DNA of 64,000 bases from Iphione sp. A-MEVVRFRX5 (Eukaryota): contig OZ320317.1 in the NCBI GenBank assembly GCA_976226885.1, positions 75,206,001 through 75,270,000 of the forward strand, written 5' to 3'. Both the position numbers and the translations under genes were made by a program. Below, in pieces: positions 13,100-23,899 of this stretch (within the stretch, counting starts at the first letter, position 1; each line of letters opens with the position of its first letter). The notes under the pieces are model-generated. The model worked only from the letters and a program-made list of their open reading frames with translations. It made no database searches and had not been told where the DNA came from.

Positions 13100-13760
13100 A
13101 TAAGAGACCCAATTTCCTTACTTGCACTTGGTGTTCGTGTGCATTTGTGTACATTTTTATTGGACAGGTTGATTTAATTGATGTGTGGTGCAATGCTTGC
13201 ATATATATGTACCTGTGTTTACCTGCATCTACCTGTGATCGCCGCACATTTCTGCACATTTCCACACAAAGTTAAATGTTTTCGCTGCTTTTCCTATCAA
13301 ATTCGCCGTTTTTCTTACTTGCTCCCTCAAATTAACTTGGTTTTGCTTCTTTTCCCATCAAATGCACTGATTTTCCTAGCATTACTTCTCACACACACAC
13401 ACACACACTTACGCACGCATACACACGTACACTCTTTCTTTTGCAAATGCAACCATACAAAAGACACCCCTCTGTGTGAATTTGCAAGAGTTAGCGGGGC
13501 AAAAAAGAAACACATGGTTATGGTTCGTGCAAGGAAACGTATGTGTTCAGTGTCCTTCTGTAATTGTGTGTTTTTGTATGCATTTGTGTGCAGTCTTATT
13601 GGCCCGGTTGACTTCACTAAGGGGTGTCTAATAGTTGCGCACGCGGTTACCTCTCTGTGTTTACCTGCATTTATTCGTTCTTGAACATTTCTCAATACTT
13701 AAATGCACAACCGTTCATGCAGGGGAACACATGCAAACACAGGTAAGGAAACCAGGCCTA
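13100..13760. repeat. Dispersed repeat with inverted ends and internal duplication (MITE-like), copy 1
   Basis: TTTCCTTACTTGCAC near 13115 is roughly inverted to ..CACAGGTAAGGAAA near 13750. Internal duplication of the TGCATTTGTGT..TGTGTTTACCTGCAT block. Shares the exact 20-mer AAAGACACCCCTCTGTGTGA (13460-13479) and ATCAAATT-type subrepeats with 34700-35290. Confidence 0.55.
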
Positions 13761-16700
13761 ACGCTGAATTTTGTGAGGAAATATGTTCTTTTTGCATGTA
13801 ACGTAGCTAACAAGGCCATTTCAACCTCACTTTTCTTATAATACTCTGGAAAACATGACCATCTTTCCATAAAAATTGAGAAATTTCCCAATCCAAAACC
13901 ATGCTATACCAACCATGAAAAAATGCCACAGGCTCCATGTGTGTGAGGAATACCTTCTAGTATAAGGCATATTGCCCCCAAATAGATGGCAACATGCCAT
14001 CTAAGAACACTCAGCCAAACAGTCTTATCATACTTTCGTTCATACCACGTTACGCTTTGTGTAATTTGAATATTTCTCTCTACGTATATCCTCAAAGCTT
14101 GCCCGCTCCAGAAAACATAAACGGCACAATTGTTTTCTAATCGATTAATTAACTACACGTAGTAAAATAATTGACAAATCATTGGATTCTATCGGTCTCT
14201 CACTAAAAAACGAAGAGTTATTCACGCTACCACCAAGCAAGTGGTGTTGGATATCGTAACTGATGTATGTTTAGCAGGTGAAGCGACGAGGAAGTTGCAC
14301 TGGTCATTAAAGATTACCTTTCAGTTAGATTTGCGAATTTGCACATGGAACCAACTGCACTTTGAATTTTGGTGCTCTGTGTTATTTGTAAGAACACAAA
14401 ATAAGATTGTAGTAGAAACATTTAACTCTTTTCATCCGAGCTTTTCTCAAACACTTTATTTAATCGACTTCTTTTGTGGCAAATTACATTTAAAATCTTT
14501 ATTTAGTCTCCATTGTCAGCGTCTCTCCTTTCTCTGCTCATCTGAGCAACATTGTTTGCAACTGGAAGTGCTGTAAAACGGTTGGCTGTCATCAGCTATG
14601 CCATAATTGTTTTTGTAGTCAGTTACATGTTGATTTTTCTCAAATATTATATGACATTGGTGGCACGATAGTGTGCTGACAGAGGGATTCTCCCTTCCGC
14701 CGAGTAGTGCTCAAGCATGAATTGATCAAGTGATAGTGATACGGTGATCTAAGTTTGTTTCCTGGATCAAGTTTTGCACAATGTCTTAAAATTTCTGAAA
14801 TATATAATGCTTGTATTGTGAAAGCTACTAGGGCATGATTTGCATGTAAGAGAGGAGCGTATTGATTAGACAGACACTTGTACTTTGTAAACATTCAGTA
14901 AACCAGATCTGGTTGTGTAAACTTTTATTTCGTCATATGAAGTAATAAATCCAAATGAGGCCATGCTACACTATTTTCGTCGAATTTACAATGTAAACAG
15001 TGTTAGCCTCGTTTTGCCTTTCTTTGGTTGTCTTCTGCAGAAACACTCACAACACCTTCCACAGGCACCACAAAGTTATTCCGATGATACTGATTAAATA
15101 TCTATCACCTGAGGTTTACATGACACAGTCAAACCTTCTACACTAACACATCGGTAAGATTCATCCTCACAAGCACTTGGCTTTTATTCCAACTAAGACA
15201 GGGCTTGCAGGCTCCGGGAAACCACGTCTATAAAAGACAGTTATACAAAGCTGCTACTTGATCTCCAAGCAACAAGGAAGTAGGCTGCAGATTGTCAGAT
15301 CATTTTAAGAAAAGAAGTAATGGACTATACAAATATCAATATGTCTCAATGAATGTCGGTAAGGACATTTGAGTACAAATTATTTAACCACTCGCCCACC
15401 CACTCTCGGTCCACCATGAAGGGGGGTCACATCTTATTGAAAACAGTAGATAGGAAAATGTTGATTTGTCGGAGAGTGAGAAAAATGTGTTATCACAGCT
15501 GCCTCGGCGATAAAGGATCCGACAAATAGCATATACATATACAAACATGACTATAAAAAGAGTGTATGTATCAATATACATTTGATGGAATAATAATATT
15601 AACACACATAAAAAAGACATCAGGGACAACATACGGCACGCACCATAGATATTTATATTCTTTTAAGGGAATCATACCCGCACAGCTGCTCCATTATATG
15701 TATCACGTCCCATTCGTCACCCCGACAAAGGACACGCTTTCGTAAAAGATAAGTATTGTTGTGTCTAGTCCGTCGTTTTACGAAGACCTGTGAAGACCAC
15801 AAGTTACTACTGGAGGGATGCACTCGTGGGGGTGTGAGGCGATTTCTAAATGCACACACACGAGAACGAGAGAACTGTTGCGTGGTTGAAGTAAGTGATG
15901 CTCATCGGCATATTTCTATCTACGTATGTGTTGCCTTGGTGTTTTTTTTCATAGGGACAGAGAAAATACTATATGTATTTATGTGTGCCTGTGTGCATTT
16001 CTATGACAAATGCTTCCAATACTGTTGAACTTTAATGTGGACTTTCTCTGATAAGAGCGTAGACTGTTCTAATCGTGTGAGCAAAAGTTGAGTGACCAAC
16101 TCCAATGGCTACTTTCAAACGCACACACATTCTCTGCATCACTACGCTACTTACATCCTACTTGAGAGTACATCCGTAAGTGGAAAATGTATATCCTCCA
16201 TGAAATTGCAGTTGCAGTGGATTCTGGTATGTAAAATACCGAGTATACACAGACTATACAGAAAAATACATGCGGCCATATTTTTTTATACTTATTTCTT
16301 CAAATAAGAATAGATGCAAACACGCTCACAGACACACACGTGAAATCCTCTTGGAGGATTTTCTTGTATGTAAGATTTAATGCTCTCCCAAACCGTAGGT
16401 ATTTGTATTTTACGAGGGTCGTGGATCTGAGATTTGAGAAAGGGCTTGTCTTGCTGCATTGACTTATAAATTCCTTATGACAGGGCTGTTATATGCCTCT
16501 AATAAAGGCAATACACACTACGTTGGTGGCACAAGTGTAAGTACAAAATTCACATGTAAAAATACAAAATGAAGCCATGTGCAAGATAGAAGTAGGAGAT
16601 GCCAGGAAAAGATAAGCGCGTAGATCAGACGGGAAAAGACGGACTGAAGCTGTAAGCTACACTATGGCGGTCTGGTTTTTTCGTTGTTATTTGTTTTTTT

Positions 16701-17280
16701 TCTGAATAATGATGAAAATAGACGTTGTACTTGTAATAAAGTTGTATGAATGGCGAATATTAGAACATGATAATATGTTTCTAGGGGCTAGGCTAATTAA
16801 AATCCAGTAATTTCTGAAGTAATTTGACACATTCATAAAAAATCTGTAATTGCACAAAATTAGTCATACATTGAGAATGCTGCTACTATGATTGTATCAG
16901 CAGTAAAATATATATGGGCAAGCTCAGATTATTAGGATTAGTGAACTGCTTCCTGATATACAATATTATCATAAGGAGAATTAGTTGTTTTAAGGCAAAT
17001 GGGGACTACCGAAAGTAGTTATAAGTGCCATATCCAAACAGTTCATTAAATTCCCTTAAATTAGTTTAAATCTGATGTGAAGTGATTCATTCTGTTGAAT
17101 ACCCCCTGCACAAAGAAATAACTGATTTTTACCGTGAATAACTTTGTTGCTTGCCAAACAATACTGTCCCACACATGCAGTAGCACCTGCTACACACCCT
17201 TTCTAGCTTCTAGTTCTATGGCAGCAGTTACTAATATATACAGGTGTTATAATTGTCTGTGTACAATAGTATCATAAGTA

Positions 17281-17947
17281 CAGTCGGATGTTCCGATTCC
17301 AGACACCCTCGGTTCTACCTCAAATTGCCTGCATTTCAGACGTGGCTGGGTTGTAGTTCAGTTAGTAGAATATAGACCGGGGGTCAAATCTGGAAATGTT
17401 AAGTCCTAAAGGTACTGAACTTTACCAGTAAATGCCCCAAAAGTACTGAATTTGACCAGTTAAAGTCCACATAGTACTGAATTTGACCAGTAAAAGTCCT
17501 GAAAGTACTGAATTTGACCAGTAAAAGTCCAAAAAGTACTGACTTCTGGGGCCCCCCTGGAGCCTACCTGGAGCCCCAAATTCATGCAACATGGGTGTGT
17601 GCTATCCTAATTTGACTTCAGGGGCCTTAAATCCTACCTAAATTCGCACCACAACCTTTAAAAATGACTTCTGAAGACTCTCTGCAGCCCCAAATTCATG
17701 CAACAACACATTGTCTATAGTCTGAACCTGCCTATTAGTGGTCTAAACTCATGAATTCGAGGTCTAAACCCGCCGATTATACAGTCTAGACCTGTCCGGA
17801 GGCAGACACTTCCAAAAATACTCGCTCCGCAATCCAGATGTCTCATTATAATGCTTATGTATGGGACTAGAGTCAGTTCTGCCTCAAATTGTCCACATTG
17901 TAGGTGCGTCCGGATCCCAGACGTGTCTGCGACGGGACATCGCACTG
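17281..17947. mobile_element. Composite degenerate Tigger-like MITE region
   Basis: TA|CAGTCGGATGTTCCG at 17281, TA|CAGTCTAGACC at 17782 and ..CGGGACATCGCACTG|TA at 17947. GTTCT(A/G)CCTCAAATTG is shared near 17315 and 17880. Confidence 0.5.
17400..17545. repeat. Minisatellite, about 31-bp unit (AAAGTCC....AGTACTGAATTTGACCAGTA), about 4.6 copies
   Basis: Units read directly; head-to-tail with no unique spacers. Confidence 0.9.
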
Positions 17948-18278
17948 TAGGTGGCATATTGTGATAAAGCCATACAAATTACACCTTTTATATTAAATGT
18001 ATGACCAATTCAGCTCCTCTACAGAATTTTCCTGTAAAATAAACAAATTTAGAGAGGTTGGATTTAGTTAATTAAATATTTTCCTTGGGTTAAAGAATAG
18101 GCGCATGAACTACGGACAAAAATCTAATTGTTGCAGTTCATATAAGCATGAAATAAGCTTTGAAATCTCGCATTCATGGCAGTACGAATGTCAGTCGCAA
18201 TGGCTGGCCGTTTTAATGGCTGACGACCTGTATGGCCGTCCATGGTCATTTATGGCTGGTATTTTTCTGTAAATATGG

Positions 18279-18320
18279 CTAACCCTAACCCTAATCCTAA
18301 CCCTAACCCTAACCCTAACC
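18279..18320. repeat. Interstitial telomere-type repeat (CCCTAA)7 with one TCCTAA variant
   Basis: CTAACCCTAACCCTAATCCTAACCCTAACCCTAACCCTAACC. Confidence 0.95.
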
Positions 18321-19067
18321 ACTACAAGACATATTGACTGATCACCCTGGCCATTTAAACACAGCCATTTCTTACATCAGCCATAATGACTGGCATCATG
18401 AAAAGGGATATTCGCTATCTTGATATGTGTTAAAGGAAACCTGTTATTTTCACATAGAAACCTGTTTTCTTCATATCAGACCTGTATATCATTGAGGATA
18501 CGCTTGTTCAACTATAAGGTCAGCTGCGGTCAGTTATGCTTGGATGAAGGTATACTACTTCCAATGTAGGACTTGATGTAATCTACAAATCCGACGTCAA
18601 TGGGCAATCAGTACTGACCAACATGGGTTTTGCAAAACCATAAGCCAGACCCCAACTTACAAGAAACTGAAAATTTGAGGTCTATGGTCCCCTTCCCCTG
18701 CTGTAAAGCACCCAATCTATACCACTCTGTGGGTGGCTAAATTAATGCTTCACTACATCGTCCTACTTCCATGACAATACTCATTTACATATTTAATCAT
18801 CACATGACCATACATACATGACCATCTATGTGTGTTCTTTTTTCCTCCTATTTTTTTCGTTAAAGTTTTGTTCAATGACACCAAATTCACACCGAGGCAA
18901 TCATTTACGGAGGAACTTATCATTTTAAAACATCACAGCATTTCTATCCAATAGATATACGAGATCCTCACAGATAGCAACATGGTCAGGCAATTGTATT
19001 TCTAGAGTGTCCCATTTCCAGGAGGTGCAGGACCGGAAGGGATGGCTACATGGACTGAACGGAAAAG

Positions 19068-19285
19068 GAAGTAGACATGTGCACGAAAATGGTAAGAAGA
19101 CAGCAAAGTGGAGATGAAGCAGTGTGAAAGACGGAGGGGTTATGGAGGGAGAGGAGAGACAAGTTGGACCAGACAACAATATGAACTGATGGAAAAAGGA
19201 AGCAGACATAGGCAAGAATATGGTAAGTGGTGAAGAAGCAGTGTGAAGGACGCAGGAGTTTTGCAGGGAGAGGAGAGACAGGACG
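19068..19285. repeat. Imperfect tandem duplication of a purine-rich unit, about 130-bp period
   Basis: GGAAG(T/C)AGACAT..ATGGTAAG..AAGCAGTGTGAA..GGGAGAGGAGAGACA occurs at about 19068 and about 19198. Confidence 0.75.
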
Positions 19286-19846
19286 GACAAGTGCATGTAC
19301 TTTTTGATAGTCACGAGCAGTTACTTTCAACCTTCACCAGGTTGTAGCTATAACCATAATATCACCCAATGCAGTTAACTGCGTTAAATATGGCACGTTA
19401 CTTGAACAATGAAAATGTTGTTCACCCAGGTCGTGATGATGCTATTGAGTAGAATCGACATTAGCAGATAAAACAGTAACGTGTCACTTGTTACGGCAGA
19501 TTCTGAGATTTTCAATCTACCTACGTTTATGTTAACGTGATACATGCAAAAACTTCCTTACATGTTAGACACATTCGTATTTGTATACGGAAGAGCATGC
19601 AGATAGTCGGATCCATCCATATTTATCACGACAAGCTCTGCGTCAATAGACTACGCCGACTAAACACATCATACATGTATATACTTGACAATAAATAGAG
19701 ATAAATCGTTTCATGTACGTTCAAGAGAGAAATCATCCCAGTAATTTCCGAGCATAGCCGCTAAATCTCTATTCTCATTCAAACGACTGGGGTTCTGACA
19801 CTTGTGCAGGTCATGATAAAAAGCCTATAAAAACATAAATGCAGCA

Positions 19847-20905
19847 TCATCGAAGCGACTTATTTTCTTCACATATATCCCAGAGTTTATGCATAGCGTC
19901 TGGTGAGGCCAGGTGAAGCGCATAGAATTGACCGTAGTAGGGACAGTAGCCTCCGTGTAACCATCGTAGGTTACGGCCAGTGAGCAAACTATCGAAACCT
20001 GCCACCTCGACCGGACGCATATTGATGGATTTCATCACCATGCCGAACCAGGCGTCCTCTATGGCAAAGAAGGGAATGTTGGGAGCAGCCTCGACCACCT
20101 CCCGTACCGAGTCGATCGAGTAGAGGAACGCCGTACCCACAGCGTACGGGGGGAAGTATTTCTTAGGGTACTCCACGTTGGACACGTACCATTTCTTGTC
20201 TGTGTAGCGGTGAACTTTCATTTTCCAAAAGACATGTCCCACCTGAGCCCTTGGGGTGTCTTGGCCCTCTGCTCTGACCCACTCCACAGTCCTTGGTACA
20301 TTCACGTAGTTGTCGTCGGCCGTGCGAAGGACGAAGTTGGCTCGAGGGCAGTGTTTCAACGCCCACTTGTAACCCATGATCACCTTATAGGACAGGTTGT
20401 AGTAAGCGTCTTTATAGTCGTTCTGCAGTATATCGCCGTACAATGCGCTCTCGCGTTTCAGCAGGCGCTGTTCAGCATCGTTCCAACCGCCGCCGAAGAG
20501 GAAGAGGTGGCGCACGTTGGCCGTGTTGTTTTCGGAGTAGCTCGCCCAGGTAGAGCGGATCGCCTCCCTTGCCTTGACCGCCTTCGGCGTGACCGTGATG
20601 AGAATGAGCAGCTCTATGGGAACCTCTCCAGCGCAGACGTTTCGCGGCTCGATGATACTGGTGAAGTTAAAGCTGTTACAATTCTTGCAGACATGGGGTC
20701 TTGGATGCTTTGGGAAGATCCGCGTGGCCAATATACGCTGGTGGGTGGCGTAGTCCTGCAGATCGGGGTCATAGGGTTCCCAGTTGAGGATGACCAGGAT
20801 AATGATGAGTATCACTAGGGGGAGGGACCACAGGGCCCTCGTGCGTGCAACACGGCCGTTGTTGGAGCCCATGTATATCAGCAGTCTTTGTCGAAAGACA
20901 TCCAT
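19847..20905 (-). CDS. GT31-family beta-1,3-glycosyltransferase (B3GALT/B3GNT/brainiac-like), paralog A, about 352 aa type II membrane protein
   Basis: N-terminal TM (LWSLPLVILIIILVILNW), REAIRSTW, YGDILQNDYKDAYYNLSYK, ADD metal-site motif, FPPYAVG, EDAWFG and C-terminal His. The ORF-track start 20968 lies in a polypyrimidine tract before acceptor CCAG|G (exon starts 20927); first ATG is 20905. Confidence 0.95.
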   Translation of the reverse strand: MDVFRQRLLIYMGSNNGRVARTRALWSLPLVILIIILVILNWEPYDPDLQDYATHQRILATRIFPKHPRPHVCKNCNSFNFTSIIEPRNVCAGEVPIELLILITVTPKAVKAREAIRSTWASYSENNTANVRHLFLFGGGWNDAEQRLLKRESALYGDILQNDYKDAYYNLSYKVIMGYKWALKHCPRANFVLRTADDNYVNVPRTVEWVRAEGQDTPRAQVGHVFWKMKVHRYTDKKWYVSNVEYPKKYFPPYAVGTAFLYSIDSVREVVEAAPNIPFFAIEDAWFGMVMKSINMRPVEVAGFDSLLTGRNLRWLHGGYCPYYGQFYALHLASPDAMHKLWDICEENKSLR

Positions 20906-21164
20906 GTCGAACCGCTTCAGACGCAGCCTGGATGGATAAAAAAATGTTAAAAAAATGATGACACACATTGAAAAAAGGAAGACAGAAACAGCAGTAAATG
21001 TGGGCTAATAGGGGAGATATAGAGGCAGATTAGGAGGGATCCGACAGATACACAAATAGGACAGGCAGCTACAGAACCTCGAATCAAGAAAACCAGACAA
21101 ACTTATAGATATTGAAAAGGTTTAATGTAGTAAGAGATGTTGGTAGTTAATGTTCCCGCTCTCA

Positions 21165-21200
21165 ATAGATTCAAAGATTCAAAAGGCTTTTATTTTCTTC
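21165..21200 (-). mobile_element. Possible LINE/SINE 3' tail
   Basis: (GATTCAAA)2 next to TTTTATT (AATAAAA on -), a typical non-LTR tail layout; no body recognised. Confidence 0.3.
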
Positions 21201-21864
21201 CTCGCTGCATCATACATACATTGGGTGCAAAGTTAAATAATATATATCAAAGTTAAATAATATATATCGCACCCATACTGCTCACTCTTCTCTAAGCCAG
21301 CAAAAATACTGACTCCGCGCATACTACAAGCATTAAAATGGAAAGAGCGTAATGGTGGGATTTTGTTTGTTCCTTTTTCAGGTCGCACATGATTTTTGAA
21401 AGATTCTCTCAGTGTTGAGTTCACAAGTCGAGTGGTAAGAGACAAGGTGAATCGTCTAACGTATATCTAATGTGCATGTGTAGAGGGGCTTGTAGACAAT
21501 AATTCCTAAAGGACAAAGTGGCATGATAAATAACGACAGCCGCACATTGATATAATGTGCCTATAGACATACATGTAATAACCAGGTGTCCTTATGTCTA
21601 TTTCTATGCTTTCTCTCTACAAATCAGATTCGAAAATATTGAGACAGTGTCCAATTTTTTGGTATGTTATGAATACATAGCTGACATATGCACTCATAAA
21701 CAAGGCCAGTTTCCATACCTGTGAAAGCCTGTGTTTCTACATGTGTGCACTGCATTGCGTTTTAATGATGCATGCAAAAACATGATTAGGGCACGAAAGA
21801 GTGGTTAGGGTCAGGCCAAGGAGCGACCTAGGCATTAAAGAAGTACAGGATTAATTAAACCGAA

Positions 21865-22065
21865 TTTACATGTCATTAACATAAAGACTGAACAGCAATG
21901 TATAACCCAGGAAAAACAGTGTAACAGCATAAACAACTCATAGAAATAGACACAACAGTCAAATAACTCAAGAAAAACTACACAGCAGCATAAATAACTC
22001 GTGAAAAATGCAAAATAAGGCACATAACCTAGGAAAAAACACAATAACTTAAATAACTCATTAAT
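21865..22065. repeat. Degenerate A-rich tandem repeat with recurring (A)ATAACTC/ACAACTC core
   Basis: Core recurs at roughly 30-bp multiples. Confidence 0.55.
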
Positions 22066-22198
22066 CGTGAGGGAATGCGTGGAAATATACTTAGATAAGC
22101 AGAGAAGGGGGAGACTGCCTGAAAAAGCAGGGGAATGCAATACACTGCAACTGCATGTAGTGGGACCCTCGTTCCAATCATGCAATTCACGCAACATA

Positions 22199-22290
22199 CA
22201 GTAGAATCCTCAGAACTAGGGACATCCTTGATTGCCAGTAAAAGTGTTCCCCTTTAGAGGCTGTCCCCACTTCTGAGAGGTAAATAACCT
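22199..22290 (+). mobile_element. Tigger-like MITE left-end fragment
   Basis: TA|CAGTAGAATCCTCAGAACTAGGGACA..TGTCCCCACTTCTGAGAGG with internal inverted motifs. Confidence 0.4.
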
Positions 22291-23168
22291 ATAGATAATA
22301 ACATTGGTTCGAATGAAATCTGCCCCAAGTAAAGAAGTAGGCCTTGTTTTGGGTTGGTGCACATAGATGTGGAGACCGGCCTAAAGTGGAAATTCATGGA
22401 TTCACTGCCAACTGATAGGATGCCTCCCGCGCATCATCCAGTCATTATCCACAGAATCATATAAACACTAACCGGACATGGCAATTTTAGATTTACCACT
22501 TACCTTATCATTTGTTGTTGTTTGCTACCGCGACCACGATCACAGCTATTATGTAAGATATATGAAATTATCCTGTAAATTCACACAGCTGTCTGCTAAA
22601 GCTAAAGATAAAGCTATGCTTATCCGACGAGGGTATACACAGGAATATGCTGTGCCTTTTGGTGTTATCCAATGGTACTAGTGGTTTCTCACGTAGGTCA
22701 ACCCATGACTGACAAAGGGAAGGTACGTGTATATACATGCCCAATGGGACCTCCTTAATCCCAATAAGCTCGGTGGCTGTGAACTAGGAGCAAATAATGC
22801 AATGTCCAGGGAAAGATGATGAAAGTAGAAAACACAGTTTGTAAGACTATCAGTCCCTCCATCGGCGAGAGGGACTGTATGCGAGGCCGGTTACTTGGAA
22901 ATGACCACGTGTTTGTTTGTACGTATGCTTGCACACCGATAGTTTCGGCCCTTGCTGTCAAACGACGGGCGGCCAGAAGGCCATCGATCTGGGGCAGGTG
23001 TGGAACTTCGCGTTATACAACATCAGCAATGCTGGTGAACGAAAGACTCACCACTGACATGGCACTGATTGAGGCAACTGTGCTTATAGGTCTTGGAAGA
23101 TAGATGGGTGGTACATTAGATCGCTACAATATGGATACCTATTCAGGTGACAGTATCGTCTAACTTAC

Positions 23169-23460
23169 CCGCAGTACAGTCTCTCCGAGCGAAGTCCGAC
23201 CTCGAATCGAACTTCAGGTGTGGGGGTGGGGGTGGGGGCATGACCTTTTTCTTGTGTGACACGCCAGCCGGTGGTCAAGCACGCAGTGGAGATTACGTAA
23301 GCTTTCGGTCGTGGCATTCACGCCCAGTAGTAGCTAGACACGGCTGACTCGGCGCAGCACGTGGAAGGCCCAGTCCCGACCGAGTGTTCGTTTTGTGTTC
23401 TAGCAGAGTAGATTCATTGTTTACCACGGCCAACCTTAATACATACTTAACCGTTCTACC
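23169..23460 (-). promoter_or_regulatory. CpG-rich candidate promoter / non-coding first exon of GT31 paralog A
   Basis: CpG-rich patch ending on - in a consensus donor CGG|GTAAGT (GT at 23168-23167); would pair with the acceptor at 20928. Inference only. Confidence 0.4.
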
Positions 23461-23543
23461 GTCTCTGTGGTTTGCACTGTCTAAAACTTGGGTCATCTCG
23501 TTTGGGACCCAGTGCTCTTACAGACTGTGCCACTGAGTCACTA

Positions 23544-23741
23544 CAGGCCCGTAGCGAAAGGGGTATCGGGGGTATCGTCCGATACCCCCACAAGGGCTAT
23601 GAGGACCACCCAGAGAAAAAAGCTGGTGACAACACATGCCAGGAGTTGCACCTCTTCAACTAAGAGTTCCATGCCTCTAACCAGGAGGTCCACCTCTCTA
23701 ATTTCAGATACCCCCCACAAAAATTCCTGGCTACAGGCCTG
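23544..23741. mobile_element. 198-bp MITE with CAGGCC(C/T)GTAGC terminal inverted repeats
   Basis: Left CAGGCCCGTAGC, right GCTACAGGCCTG; internal GGGGTATC/GATACCCC motifs; flanked by direct repeat CACTA on both sides. Confidence 0.8.
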
Positions 23742-23899
23742 CACTATACCTATGGTTCTGTCTTTTGCATTTTGAATTTATATAATGTTGTTGTGATTAC
23801 AAAAAACCAATAAGGCATGTTTTGACGCACTTCATGTTCCTTTATTTCCCCATATACACTACATAGTTAAGCATTACTTGTTTTTGATAGTTACTAGAC

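Noticed and set aside
17400-17545. CRISPR-like appearance of the 31-bp array (also the 73-bp array at 56038)
   Set aside because: Head-to-tail units without unique spacers, no cas genes, animal genome.
20210-20818. 202-aa plus-strand ORF
   Set aside because: Antisense shadow of GT31 paralog A.
20906-20968. N-terminal extension MCVIIFLTFFYPS of GT31 paralog A
   Set aside because: Mostly the polypyrimidine tract and acceptor of an intron.
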